Program-made: the position numbers and the translations under genes
Shown: positions 33,300-43,791 of the stretch, piece after piece
Numbering within the stretch: position 1 is the first letter of the stretch
How the letters are laid out: each line of letters starts with the position of its first letter
Assembly (NCBI GenBank): GCA_963733375.1
Contig: CAVTDB010000010.1
Span: 1 to 64,000, forward strand
DNA: 64,000 nucleotides
From: Nitrospirota bacterium
GTDB lineage: Bacteria; Nitrospirota; JACRHJ01
Reading direction: 5' to 3'
Notes under the pieces: model-generated
What the model was told of the DNA's origin: nothing
Database searches by the model: none
The model's input: the letters and a program-made list of their open reading frames with translations, nothing else

Positions 33300-33785
33300 T
33301 TATATTGCGACAGCTTCCTCTTCCGGCTTGTAAAGCTCGGCCTTGGTTATGATGACGTCACAGGGCGCGCCCTTGATTATCTTGTCCACGTTCCTGCCGA
33401 AAAGCATATGCTCCAGCCTCGATTCGTCGTGGTGCCCGAGCACTATCAAATCCACCTTTTTCTCCCTGGCCACCCGGAGTATCGCCTTCACCGGGTCTTC
33501 ATTCGATACAACCTCGACCTCTTCGATATTCAACCTGTTTCTTAGCTCCCTGAGTCTCGCGGCCACGAAATAATCAAGGTCCTTTATCGCCTCCTTACGC
33601 AGGACCTCCAGGTCTTTTTTATAGAGTACGCCGCCTGGGCTGTCGAATATCCTCGGTATCTGCCTGTAGACATTAAGCACATAGAGCCGCCCCCCGAAGG
33701 CCTCGGCCTGGGCCACTGCTTTCTGGAGCGCCTTTTCCGAGGAAGCTGAGAAGCTTATGGGAACAAGTATCTTGTAGTCTTTCAT
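33300..33785 (-). CDS. Universal stress protein
   Basis: KILVPISFS..S; VDLIVLG...FGRNVDKIIKGAPCDVII. Confidence 0.88.
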   Translation of the reverse strand: MKDYKILVPISFSASSEKALQKAVAQAEAFGGRLYVLNVYRQIPRIFDSPGGVLYKKDLEVLRKEAIKDLDYFVAARLRELRNRLNIEEVEVVSNEDPVKAILRVAREKKVDLIVLGHHDESRLEHMLFGRNVDKIIKGAPCDVIITKAELYKPEEEAVAI

Positions 33786-33866
33786 CCTTAAACCTCCTTA
33801 AATCCCAAAACCCCCGGCTTCGCCTCCCTTTCTGATTCTTAAAAGGAGCACAGGGGACGTTACTGA

Positions 33867-34343
33867 TTACGCCGCTTTCCTTGTCGCCTCGATAATAAGT
33901 GGACGGACGAGGCGGAAGAAGTCCGTGTAGGCCATCCTGATAGCCTCGTGGTGCGTCCCTGCGTTGAACACTATATTTTTATCCTCCCGGAGCGCGCTGT
34001 CGGCATAGACCGGCAGTCCGTAAAGGTTCCCGAAAGGCGGCATCGCCCCCGCCTCGCAGTCCGGAAATATCTTCTTTATCTCCTCTTCGGTCGCGAGCGC
34101 CACCATCCTGAAGCCTAAATCGGCCCGGAGAGCCGCCACGTCCACCCGCCTGTCCGCCGGGAGAACGGCCATCAGGTAGCCCGTGTCGCTTTTCAGTATC
34201 ACCGACTTCGCCAGGTTTTTGCCGCTTACGTGCATAGTCGATGCTATCTCCTGCGCGGTATATGCCTCACCGTGCCGGAGCATCTCGTAGCGCACCCCGC
34301 TTTCATCCAGGTATTTTTTAAGTTTTTCGGTTATCATATCCAT
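33867..34343 (-). CDS. YbaK/EbsC aminoacyl-tRNA deacylase family protein
   Basis: AYTAQEIA, LAKSVIL, FPDCEAGAMPPFG, FNAGTH. Confidence 0.88.
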   Translation of the reverse strand: MDMITEKLKKYLDESGVRYEMLRHGEAYTAQEIASTMHVSGKNLAKSVILKSDTGYLMAVLPADRRVDVAALRADLGFRMVALATEEEIKKIFPDCEAGAMPPFGNLYGLPVYADSALREDKNIVFNAGTHHEAIRMAYTDFFRLVRPLIIEATRKAA

Positions 34344-34350
34344 TCTCCCA

Positions 34351-34800
34351 CTATAATTTTTTAGCCGCCGTCCGATCAAGAGAAAATCTCCCGCCGCCCT
34401 TTATTGCCAGGGCGATTGCCGCCGCGAACGCCAGAATATGGTACTCGAAACCTTCCTTACCCGCGGGCATCCGGCCGAACCAGTTCATGAAAAAGCCGTT
34501 CTGCCAGTGCACCATGTATACCGCGACAACCATCACCACCGCGATCCCTAAAGCAGAAATGCGCGTCAGGAACCCTAATATCAGGAAAAGCCCGCCCAGG
34601 AATTCGGCGGCAATGTCAAGCGCCGCAAAAAATGGCGGGATTCCCATCCCGGCAAACATCTTGAAAGTGCCGGAAAGCCCCGGCCCTCCGAATAAACCCA
34701 GGACCTTCTGCGAGCCATGTGCCAGGAATACAATTCCCAGCGCGAGCCTTAAAACAAGCATCGCCCAGGAGTCCTCGGTTATGAACAGTTTTCTCAGCAC
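34351..34800 (-). CDS. DoxX family membrane protein
   Basis: LRLALGIVFLAHGSQK, AEFLGG..LILGFLTR, GFEYH, GGGRFSLD. Confidence 0.9.
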   Translation of the reverse strand: MLRKLFITEDSWAMLVLRLALGIVFLAHGSQKVLGLFGGPGLSGTFKMFAGMGIPPFFAALDIAAEFLGGLFLILGFLTRISALGIAVVMVVAVYMVHWQNGFFMNWFGRMPAGKEGFEYHILAFAAAIALAIKGGGRFSLDRTAAKKL

Positions 34801-34922
34801 CTATTACCACCCCCTTATATAATTTTATCACTAACAGGATAAATTTGCAGTGCCGCAAGGGTAGGATTACGGCGGCAAAAGTGATATAATTATAAATAGA
34901 TAATGGTTTATGAGGTGCGGAA

Positions 34923-35193
34923 ATGAAGCACAACATGGGTAGGACGGAAAAGCTGGTCCGTCTGGTCGGCGGGCTGGTCTTCGTTTATCATCGGCTGGCT
35001 TGTCCTTAAAGGCTACACGTTGTTGATCTCAGTGGTCACTGCCACAACGGTCATCGGCTTTATCCTGGCTTTCGCGGGGGGTGTGATATTCCTGACCGGA
35101 TTAGCCTCCTGGTGCCCTTTAAATGCGCTCTTCAAGCATAATTCTTGCGAAGCCTGCAAGATTGGAGAGAGCCACAGGCACTTGCCGGTATAA
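34923..35193 (+). CDS. DUF2892 (YgaP-like) small membrane protein, frameshifted
   Basis: Manual translation MKHNMGRTEKLVRLVGG...LTGLASWCPLNALFKHNSC. Confidence 0.7.
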
Positions 35194-35493
35194 GGTTAAA
35201 AAGACGGATCATGAACGGCGACTGTGCTCCGGATAGTTTTTGCGGCAGGTTCGAGGCCCGCCCTGAAGCGCATTTGCCGGAGAACATTCGATGTTTAATG
35301 ACAGGCCGAATTTTATTTTAGGCGGACAGCAACTTTCGCGAAGCGTGAAACTTCGATTCCAGTGTCTTTTTTGTTTACAGGAGACGTTCCCAATAATCTT
35401 ATTAGCTTGATTTCATCGCCGCCAAGTGTTATATATCATGGGACTGAAACTCTTTTTGCAATAAGTCCGAAAGGTTGAGTAGAAAATAACAAA

Positions 35494-36282
35494 ATGAACA
35501 AGAATTCGATATCCGTCGTCATACCCTGCTTTAATGAATCCCTGACAATCTATAAAAATATTGAAAAGATTAAGGACTATCTCGAAAAAAGATTTTCCCG
35601 TTATGAGATTATCGCCGTAAACGACGGAAGTGCGGACGATACTTGGGAAGAGCTGGAGAAGCTCCGGAACGACTTTGGAATCTTTATAATAAACAAGAAA
35701 AAAAATGAAGGCAAAGGCCGCGCGGTCAGGGACGGGGTCGCGGCGAGCCGGTTCGATTTCGTATTGTTCCTTGACGCCGACCTTGCCATTCCCATCGAGG
35801 AGCTGGCGAAATTTATGGACGAAGCCGAATCCGGGACGGATATGGTCATTGCTTCCAGGTTCGTGCCCGGGTTGAAGATAATCAAGCCCGTCCTGTGGTA
35901 CAGGAAGATAATGGAACGGACATTCCGCCTGATAAGGATGGTTATAATAAATAATTACCAGGTAAAAGACACGCAGTGCGGTTTCAAGCTCTTTCAGGGG
36001 AAGTGCGCCAGGAAGGTCTTCCCGTTACTCAGTATCAAGAGGTTTGCGTTCGACGCCGAGATCGTATTTATTGCCCGCAAATTGAATTTTAAGATCAAGG
36101 AACTGCCCATATCCCTGCAGAATCCCGAAAGGTCAAGTATCCGCATATTCCGCGATTCTCTTAATATGTTGATAGACCTTTTAAAAATCCGCTGGAACGA
36201 CTTGAATAACGTTTATGCCGGCGAGCCAGCCAAAAAAATGATGGTCCAGACGGAAAAAGTCATGGAGGAAGACCTGAACTAG
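35494..36282 (+). CDS. GT2 polyprenol-phosphate glycosyltransferase (DPG-synthase-like)
   Basis: SVVIPCFNE, VNDGSAD, NEGKG.AVR, FLDADL, DTQCGFKLF, FAFDAE. Confidence 0.88.
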   Translation: MNKNSISVVIPCFNESLTIYKNIEKIKDYLEKRFSRYEIIAVNDGSADDTWEELEKLRNDFGIFIINKKKNEGKGRAVRDGVAASRFDFVLFLDADLAIPIEELAKFMDEAESGTDMVIASRFVPGLKIIKPVLWYRKIMERTFRLIRMVIINNYQVKDTQCGFKLFQGKCARKVFPLLSIKRFAFDAEIVFIARKLNFKIKELPISLQNPERSSIRIFRDSLNMLIDLLKIRWNDLNNVYAGEPAKKMMVQTEKVMEEDLN

Positions 36283-36367
36283 CTCCCCCGCCTGAAGCCT
36301 CTCCTGAATAATTCTTGACTTATTTTTTAAAAAGCCTGTATAATAGCGAAATTAAAGGCAAAATTGC

Positions 36368-37894
36368 ATGAAATTTAAAAGTCTTCGCACCAGGATTACC
36401 GTCTGGACGATTACCGCTATGCTTCTGATCCCCGTGTTCGTGGGGATGGTTATAGTCGTGAAGCAATTCGCGCTCGCCTCGCAGTTCTCCAAGACCATCA
36501 ACCAATCCGACAGGATAGTCAAGACGACGCTCGTCCGGGACATGGAACAGGCCATGATGGTCAACCAGCTTGACGGGGTAAAGTCCGTCCTGCAGAAGTT
36601 TGCGGGCTTTGAGGGCGTACGGAGCGTGAGCCTTGTCAACTCCCGCGGGGAGCAGGTCATCTCCATCGGGGACAAAACGCCGAGGATAGATCCCTATCAG
36701 ATGAACGAAGTCCTTGGGAGGGGGTTGGAAGTAACCTCTTTCTCGCACGAAGGCGAGGACTCGGTGCGGCTTTTGGCCCTGCCCTTAATGAACAAGGGGA
36801 AATGCCGCAGCTGCCATGCGCAGGGGCAAGTGAACGGGGCGTTGATTATCAAGCAGCGCTCGGTGGACGTGATGTCCGAGACCCGGTTCCTGGTCGCAAT
36901 AATGCTGATATCGCTTTTAGTGGCCACGCTCGCCGCGGCCATTACTCTGTTGACCCTGCTTTCCAGAAACGTAGTGGGGCCTCTCCGGGAACTGTCAAAG
37001 GTCACGGAACGGGTGGGACAGTGCGACCTGGACCTCCGGGTGCCTGTTCAGGGCGAAGGCGAGGTGGGTGAACTGGGCCAGGCCTTCAACCGGATGATCC
37101 AGGACCTCAAGCGTTCGAGAGACGAGGTCGAGGATAGAAGCAGGCAGACCCGCGAGGCCTGCGAGTCTATGCAGGCGGCGCAGAAGAAGCTGATGCAGTC
37201 CGAGAAGCTGGCGGCTGTCGGGACGCTTGTGGCAGGCATCGCGCATGAAATAAACAACCCCACCGGGATAATCTCCTCCCGCGTGGACTGCATGTTATGG
37301 GAAGGGACTCCCGAAGGCCAGCTCAAAGACGACCTCATGGTGATAAACAGGCAGGCAGCCAGGATCGCGGAAATAACCCGGTCCCTCCTGACATTTGCGA
37401 GACAGGCCCCGACAGACATGGGCCCGGTGGACGTAAATGCCATAGTGGAAGACACGATATTCCTGGTCATGAAGCAGTTTTTAAAAGAGAATATCCAGAT
37501 AGAAAAACATCTATCCCCGAAATCCCCGAGAGTGAACGCAAACATGAACCAGCTTCAGCAGGTGCTCCTGGACCTCCTGAACAATGCGCGCGACGCGATG
37601 CCGCTCGGAGGTACGATAATAATCGCGACCGCCCAGTCCGGAGACAGGGTCGAGATAACGCTTGCCGATACCGGAGAGGGTATCCCGGAGGAGATTCTTG
37701 ACAACATCTTCGACCCGTTCTTTACCACGAAAGAAGTCGGCAAGGGCACCGGGTTAGGCCTTTCGGTAAGCTACGGGATAATCCAGGATTTCGGCGGCAG
37801 TATAGAGGTGGAGAGCAGGGCCGGGGAAGGCACCCGGTTCAACATAACCCTGCCGGGGCTCAAGGAGGAAGCTTGGACGAAGAGCGTGGCGTAA
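36368..37894 (+). CDS. HAMP sensor histidine kinase with periplasmic CxxCH motif
   Basis: Two TM helices flanking CRSCH; HAMP; AHEINNP; [18 protein letters not shown]. Confidence 0.9.
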   Translation: MKFKSLRTRITVWTITAMLLIPVFVGMVIVVKQFALASQFSKTINQSDRIVKTTLVRDMEQAMMVNQLDGVKSVLQKFAGFEGVRSVSLVNSRGEQVISIGDKTPRIDPYQMNEVLGRGLEVTSFSHEGEDSVRLLALPLMNKGKCRSCHAQGQVNGALIIKQRSVDVMSETRFLVAIMLISLLVATLAAAITLLTLLSRNVVGPLRELSKVTERVGQCDLDLRVPVQGEGEVGELGQAFNRMIQDLKRSRDEVEDRSRQTREACESMQAAQKKLMQSEKLAAVGTLVAGIAHEINNPTGIISSRVDCMLWEGTPEGQLKDDLMVINRQAARIAEITRSLLTFARQAPTDMGPVDVNAIVEDTIFLVMKQFLKENIQIEKHLSPKSPRVNANMNQLQQVLLDLLNNARDAMPLGGTIIIATAQSGDRVEITLADTGEGIPEEILDNIFDPFFTTKEVGKGTGLGLSVSYGIIQDFGGSIEVESRAGEGTRFNITLPGLKEEAWTKSVA

Positions 37895-39255
37895 AAGTCC
37901 TGGTAATAGACGACGAAGCGGACATGCTTGAGAGCTGCACCCGCATCATCCGGAGGCTGGGGTACGAGTGCATTACCATCCAGGACTCATCCGGGGCGGC
38001 TGAGGTAATCGGACGGCAGATGCCTTCGATCGTGCTTACAGATTTCGCCATGCCTGGCTTAAACGGCCTGGACATTCTCCGGCTCTGCCAGGAAATAAAT
38101 CCGGACGGAATGGTTATCCTCATCAGCGGATATGCCACTATCCCTAACGTGGTCGAGGCGATGAAGGAGGGCGCATTCGACTATCTGGCCAAGCCCTTTT
38201 CCGCCGATCAGCTAAAGGTGGCGCTGGAAAGGGCGGTAAGGCATCGTTGTCTCGCTGAAGAGAACCGTTATCTGCGAACTCAGCTCGCCCAGATCCACGG
38301 CCTTGATAATATGCTCGGCTCGTCGCTCGCCATGAGAAAAGTCTTCGACACCATCAGAAAGGTTTCCATCACCGAGACCAACATCCTGGTTTACGGCGAG
38401 TCGGGAACCGGTAAAGAGCTGGTAGCCAGGAGCATACACGTCAACAGCAACCGGAAGGATAAGCCTTTCGTACCGGTTGACTGCGCGTCGCTTCCGGAGA
38501 ACCTTCTGGAGTCGGAGTTGTTCGGCTATGAAAAAGGCACCTTTACGGGAGCGGACTCGACGAGGCCCGGGCTTTTGGAATTTGCAAACGGAGGAACTTT
38601 TTTCCTGGACGAGATAGGCGAGATGGGGATGAACCTTCAGGCGAAGCTTCTGCGGGTCCTGCAGGAGAGGCAGTTCAGGCGGGTCGGCGGCAGGAAAATG
38701 ATCGACGTCGATATACGTTTAATTGCCGCTACTAACCGCGACCTGGAAGAAGGTGTAAGGAACGGGACTTTCCGGGAGGACCTGTACTACAGGCTGAACG
38801 TTATAAGCATAAAGCTTCCTCCGCTTCGGGAGAGGGTGGGTGATGTGCCCATGCTGGCGGACCATTTCCTGAGAGAGTTCACAAACTCTTCTCAGGGCGG
38901 CCCCACGGGTATCGCGCCCGAAGCCATGAAGCTCCTGGAGGAGTATGGATGGCCGGGAAACGTGCGGGAGCTTCAGAATGTCCTCTCGCGCGCCGTGACC
39001 CTCTGCACGGGCGAAATAATCACTCCCGAAGACCTCCCGGAGCACATCCGGAACTCTGCGAAGCGCCAGGCGCCCGCAATAGAGGGGCTTTCTTTCAAGG
39101 AATCCAAGAAGCTCTGGCTGGTGGATTTCGAGAAGGAATACCTCTCCGACCTTTTGACCAGGAACGGGAACAATATCTCACGCGCGGCAAAAGAGGCGGG
39201 GATAGACCGAAAGACCATCCACCGCCTCTTGAACAAGTACAAACTGAATGCTTGA
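37873..39255 (+). CDS. Sigma-54-dependent response regulator (NtrC/AtoC family)
   Basis: Receiver domain; GESGTGKE; ESELFGYEKGTFTGA; WPGNVREL; Fis HTH. Confidence 0.93.
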   Translation: MDEERGVKVLVIDDEADMLESCTRIIRRLGYECITIQDSSGAAEVIGRQMPSIVLTDFAMPGLNGLDILRLCQEINPDGMVILISGYATIPNVVEAMKEGAFDYLAKPFSADQLKVALERAVRHRCLAEENRYLRTQLAQIHGLDNMLGSSLAMRKVFDTIRKVSITETNILVYGESGTGKELVARSIHVNSNRKDKPFVPVDCASLPENLLESELFGYEKGTFTGADSTRPGLLEFANGGTFFLDEIGEMGMNLQAKLLRVLQERQFRRVGGRKMIDVDIRLIAATNRDLEEGVRNGTFREDLYYRLNVISIKLPPLRERVGDVPMLADHFLREFTNSSQGGPTGIAPEAMKLLEEYGWPGNVRELQNVLSRAVTLCTGEIITPEDLPEHIRNSAKRQAPAIEGLSFKESKKLWLVDFEKEYLSDLLTRNGNNISRAAKEAGIDRKTIHRLLNKYKLNA

Positions 39256-39258
39256 GCC

Positions 39259-39630
39259 TCAGTTATAGTTTACTTCCACCTCCTCGGCCTCGGCCGATAT
39301 CTCATCCTTAATATTGCACTTGGGGGTATAACGCTTGTAAAGAGCCTTGGCCGCGGCGTCGATGTCCTCCTTCGTGTAGAGATAGGCGAACCGGAACTGG
39401 CAACCCCCATCCTTTAATTCCGCCGTGATGCAGGAGCCCTCCGCCGAAGTGACGTGCTCCAAAAGCCGCATCTTCAGGCTGTCCGCCTCGCCGACGTAAA
39501 AAGGCTTCAGGCTTCCATCCTTCTGCATCTTCGAGATCTTGTAAATCCCGGATTTGTCATCCACCTTGCCCCGTATGACCTTTTCATCCACCGGAAAATA
39601 TCCCTGCCAATCCAGTTGGAGCTTCCGCAT
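39259..39630 (-). CDS. Small GIY-YIG-superfamily protein
   Basis: SGIYKI...FYVGEA..LKMRL.EH...PKCN. Confidence 0.55.
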   Translation of the reverse strand: MRKLQLDWQGYFPVDEKVIRGKVDDKSGIYKISKMQKDGSLKPFYVGEADSLKMRLLEHVTSAEGSCITAELKDGGCQFRFAYLYTKEDIDAAAKALYKRYTPKCNIKDEISAEAEEVEVNYN

Positions 39631-39699
39631 ATTTGCGCCTCCTCCTCGTTGTTCTTACTTAAAATTTATCACAGGAAGAGGAGCGGGGCAAGGAGGAGG

Positions 39700-40579
39700 C
39701 TAATTTATCACGCCCGCGTCTATGAGCAGGTTGAATTTCAGCACGGTATTAACGTCCGTACCATTCCTTATCTCCACCTCAGCCGCGTATTTCCTGACCG
39801 GCAGGTCAGTATCCGCCGTGGAGAGGCTGATCAACCCCGATCCGGTTGAGGGATTTGTCACATATGTGGTTATATCCCTCGGCGTAAGTGCGTATGTGAT
39901 GTCCGCCGGCGTCGCCTTCGCCCCGAACCAGACCGTCCAGCCCGTCAAATCTTTCCCTATGGAATAAGGGATTGCCACCGAGTCCCCGCGCGTCACATGG
40001 ACGTCCTTGCCCTGGGCGACAGTCTCATAGGACGCCGCGCCCTGGAACGGCAGTACAGTCACGTTCCCGGCGGCATTCCAGGCTCCCGTGCCATGCTTCG
40101 AGGAAAGGTACAAGTCGATGCTGGTAGAATTGACGTAGGCGTTGCTGCTTGTGAGCGTCCGTGCGCCGTTATTCCACACCGTTGATGCAACCGACGATGC
40201 TGAGGGTAAATTATTTAAAGATGTCTGCGAAGCTCGACTTGACACCTGCGCATCGAGGTTATTCAAACGAGAATCCGTGGCCAGCAGCGGATTCGTGGGA
40301 ATGCTTTGAACCGTGCTCTTGAGGCCATGAACTCCCGCGCTGATATCGCTAAACGTCGGAAGCGTCGCTAACCACAGTACCGGCCGACATGCGGCTGGAT
40401 ATGGCCATGTCGAGATTATTGAGCCTGCTGTCGGTGTATAGAAGCGGGTTCGTCGGAATGGCCGAGATATAAGTGTCGAGATAAGTAAGCCGGTGGTCGG
40501 TTGACAGCACCGGATTCGTTGGAATAGTTGCAGCCATAGTTGCAACTTTAGTGTTAGTAGTATGAACAATGCTCGTCAT
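39700..40579 (-). CDS. Phage structural protein with IPTNP repeats and C-terminal BppU-like domain (frameshift near 40360)
   Basis: 3x IPTNP(L/V)L.TD.RL..LD..(I/V)S; C-terminal VTRGDS...DLTGWTVWF..K...GLISLS.ADTDLP..Y..EVEI. Confidence 0.5.
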
Positions 40580-40580
40580 A

Positions 40581-41066
40581 TTATTCCACGGTTGTACGCA
40601 CGGCGACGAACGCCTGGGCCGCGCCTGACAGGTTGGCGCTTATCTCCGCGAACCGGGGGCCGGATGAAGCGTAATACGTGTCGATGTCATAGAGCCGGAC
40701 CATCTCGGTGAACGTACCGATCGCGGTGTTATTGTAGTAGTAAACCATCTTGTGGAAGCCGGGCGCGTTCGGGACTCGTGTAGCTGTGTAATCGCCGGTG
40801 GACTGGTTTCGAAAATTCCACGACTGCACTATGGACGTACCATTCCTCCAACCCTTGACGGTGAACTTGGAAAGGTCGCAGTTCGTCCTGGGCGAGCCGT
40901 CCGCATTAAACATCTGGAACGCTTCGCTCATGGTCTTATTCACCGTGAAGTCGGCCAGCGCGCCAATCGAGAGCGTGAGCGTCAGGAGCAGCCCGGCCAT
41001 GAAAAAATAGGTTTTCTGTCTTCGCTGCCGCTCTGGACAGGTAAGTCTTTTCATTTTATGTACCAT
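40581..41066 (-). CDS. Hypothetical exported protein; possibly the N-terminus of the 39700..40579 gene
   Basis: Basic N-terminus followed by hydrophobic YFFMAGLLLTLTLSIGALA; stop 1 nt before the next ATG. Confidence 0.45.
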   Translation of the reverse strand: MVHKMKRLTCPERQRRQKTYFFMAGLLLTLTLSIGALADFTVNKTMSEAFQMFNADGSPRTNCDLSKFTVKGWRNGTSIVQSWNFRNQSTGDYTATRVPNAPGFHKMVYYYNNTAIGTFTEMVRLYDIDTYYASSGPRFAEISANLSGAAQAFVAVRTTVE

Positions 41067-43375
41067 TTCCCTTTCGCGTCGTCATAGACTGCATCCAACG
41101 GCGTGTTCAAAGTTGACGTTACGGCGTTTGCGATGTTCCCGGAAGTGCCTGTGGAAAATACTCCGTCAGGGATGATGGTAATCTTACCGTGCCAGCCGGT
41201 CGCGGGAAGGTTGATAGTGTTGATTGTAGTCGTGCCGGTTACGTGAAACATCTGGCCGGTCGGCGTTATCGTGGACGCGCTGGCGACGGGGTCTCCCCAT
41301 CCCGTGCTTATGAAAGGTACGGTCAGCACCTTCCCTGTCGGGTCGTAAACAAATCCCGAACTCTGCGTAAGGCTTACAGCAGAGTAATTGACCGGCTTTA
41401 CCGAGAAATAGGTTATCGTCGCGCTCGGAGTGCTTCCAGAAGCAACGATGCCGATATATTCAACCCTTGCCGCCGTGATTGTCTGCGTGAAAGTGCCTGT
41501 AGTGTTATGCCCCGTCGTGTATTGAGTCCCGCTCGCCGACCACAGTCCCGCCGATACGTACGTCCCGCTCGTTACGGCGGATATTGTAATCGTTATCTGA
41601 TACGCTTGACCAGGAACGCTATAAAGAATGGGGTGCGTATACGTCTCGCCGACCCCGCCGGAGTTGGACACGACCAGCGTCCCGTTACCTGGCACAGTCC
41701 AGCCGGTCACGGTTGACCAATCACCTGGGGTTGCAAAATGCGGGTCCGGGTTCATCTCCGCGCCAATAATCGGCGTAGTCCCCGAAGATATATAAGTAAC
41801 GCCGCCTGCCACGTTTAAAGCCGCCAAGTTGTCAAAGGGCGGCGCCGTCGTCACGGGAGAATAGGGCGGCCTGTAATTGAAATCGTCCCCCGCATATTGA
41901 GGGTTGTAGCCCTGGATGAGTTTCGGTGCGTAGTTTATGGGCACATTCATCGAGGACATCAGGCCGAAGGAGGTAACGCCGCTCCAGTTCGTGAATGAGC
42001 CGGATGCTTTTGCGGTATCCACCTTGATTGTCTGGGGTTTCGAGTCCTCTGTCCAGACCCAGCTTGAAGGGTTGCCGTTTGAATCCTTGGCCGTCAGCGT
42101 GAAGATGCCGTTCACCGTGTCGTGCCTGTAGCCCACCACCCTTTTTCCGACCGCCCAGGAGACAAGCTGTTGGAGCATCTTCCCGGCCTGGGTGAGATAC
42201 GACGGATGAGCAGGGTTCACTGGTAATATGGCAGACCAGTCATGGTCCATGCCGTACATGAAAACCTTGTCGCACCCGGAGGCAAGGCCGGACAAAAACA
42301 TCCGCGTGAGATACCCCGCCTGCTGTTTGGATGGCATGGGAGTTGCCGGGCCATAGTCTCCGCCAGACACGCCCAGGCCCGTTACTGCGTCGGTATAGGA
42401 GTTCCAGGTCGTCTCCGTATCCCATAAGGGAAGGCTTCCCACGCCGTATTTGAACATGACCGCCCGCACCCGGTCAGCGAGGTCAACCATGTCATCGGGT
42501 GGCCCTGAGACGTAGAGGTGATACCCGGCAACATCGATGGAGTTTAAAGCTCCGAGTGATTGAAGGGCGGAGAAATATGAGTCGAGCCACGAAATGCTTC
42601 CCGTCCCCGTACAGGACGCGCTTACAATCTTCGCGGCGGGGTCAACGGCCTTTATCGCGGTGCTCGCCTCCTGAGTCAGAGCGGCAAGCTGGGTGGGCGT
42701 CCCAAGGTAATAACCGGGCGGTTCGTTCCATATCTCATACGCCTCTATCTCGCCCTTGTACCTTGTCGCCAATGCCGTGCAGAAGTTTTCCCAGTATTCC
42801 GGATGCGCGGGATCGGGCGTGTTGTAGTTGTAATATGCGGAGCCGGGGTTGCTGTCCGCCGCGCCCGCGACCGCCCAGGACGGAGGCTGTCCGAGCGTGA
42901 ACGTTATCTCCATGTTGTTCGCTCTCGCCCACGCCACGTAAGCATCTAAATTAGTCCAACTGTAAACGCCGTTAGCGGTCTCGATTGCCTTCCATGTCAG
43001 GTTAGATTCCCATGTATCCCACGTCCGCACGGAGCCCGCGGTATTAGCAAACCAGGGCGTAAGGGTCGTATTGCTGGAAAAGCGCGGGTGCGCGAAGTGC
43101 GTCCCGAAGAAGTCCATCGTTATCGGCTGGTTGCTGTGGGTGTAAGCTGCTGTCTGACTGGCAAGACTCGACACAGTTGCATAACCGGGGCTATTGGTAA
43201 TATTATGGCCGCCCAGGTTAATGTCAGCGTTCATGGGTTTAGTGCCCGCCAGATTCAAAAAAGTATTTACAATCTGTTGCATCGAGGGGCGGACAGGGCC
43301 ATCGGCGGCAAGCGCCGCGGTAGCGCACCCGCCGACTATGCAAAGCATCGAAAGGATAAGAAGGTATTTTTTCAT
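41051..43375 (-). CDS. Clan GH-A (GH39/GH5-like) glycoside hydrolase with signal peptide and phage-fibre-like flanks
   Basis: YEIWNEP acid/base, AGYHLY, PLWDTE nucleophile; MKKYLLILSMLCIVGGCATAALA; GTKPMNADINLGGHNITN. Confidence 0.7.
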   Translation of the reverse strand: MKKYLLILSMLCIVGGCATAALAADGPVRPSMQQIVNTFLNLAGTKPMNADINLGGHNITNSPGYATVSSLASQTAAYTHSNQPITMDFFGTHFAHPRFSSNTTLTPWFANTAGSVRTWDTWESNLTWKAIETANGVYSWTNLDAYVAWARANNMEITFTLGQPPSWAVAGAADSNPGSAYYNYNTPDPAHPEYWENFCTALATRYKGEIEAYEIWNEPPGYYLGTPTQLAALTQEASTAIKAVDPAAKIVSASCTGTGSISWLDSYFSALQSLGALNSIDVAGYHLYVSGPPDDMVDLADRVRAVMFKYGVGSLPLWDTETTWNSYTDAVTGLGVSGGDYGPATPMPSKQQAGYLTRMFLSGLASGCDKVFMYGMDHDWSAILPVNPAHPSYLTQAGKMLQQLVSWAVGKRVVGYRHDTVNGIFTLTAKDSNGNPSSWVWTEDSKPQTIKVDTAKASGSFTNWSGVTSFGLMSSMNVPINYAPKLIQGYNPQYAGDDFNYRPPYSPVTTAPPFDNLAALNVAGGVTYISSGTTPIIGAEMNPDPHFATPGDWSTVTGWTVPGNGTLVVSNSGGVGETYTHPILYSVPGQAYQITITISAVTSGTYVSAGLWSASGTQYTTGHNTTGTFTQTITAARVEYIGIVASGSTPSATITYFSVKPVNYSAVSLTQSSGFVYDPTGKVLTVPFISTGWGDPVASASTITPTGQMFHVTGTTTINTINLPATGWHGKITIIPDGVFSTGTSGNIANAVTSTLNTPLDAVYDDAKGKWYIK

Positions 43376-43399
43376 TGTTCTCCTCTCCTGAATTGGAGA

Positions 43400-43789
43400 C
43401 TAAATTACGCCCTTCGCCCTGAGCGCCTGCACCGTGGCCGTAAGATAGTTGTCCACCGTGTTCCCGTCGAGGCCCAGCGCCGCGCCTATCTCGCTCACGT
43501 CGCCGGTAGTCGCCGACGCAAGGGACTGGATGCCGGTGGCCTTCAGGTCCACAAGGATGCTGTCGAGTGCGGCCTGTGTCTTGTTGCCGGTCGAGGATGC
43601 CGCGCCCACGACCGCCTTGATGACAATACCCGGAAGCTGAGGCAGTTCCTTCGCTATAGCGGTAGATAGTATGTGCCATGCGACCGTCCCCACTTCCTGG
43701 ATGTCGGCGAGCGCCGTCTTTTCCGCGTTCTGAAAAAAGCCCTTGATCTCCGTCAAAATGTCCTGCCCCGGATTCGCATTCACTTCCAT
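43400..43789 (-). CDS. Hypothetical phage protein
   Basis: ORF co-oriented and abutting in the cluster; amphipathic helical character. Confidence 0.55.
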   Translation of the reverse strand: MEVNANPGQDILTEIKGFFQNAEKTALADIQEVGTVAWHILSTAIAKELPQLPGIVIKAVVGAASSTGNKTQAALDSILVDLKATGIQSLASATTGDVSEIGAALGLDGNTVDNYLTATVQALRAKGVI

Positions 43790-43791
43790 CT

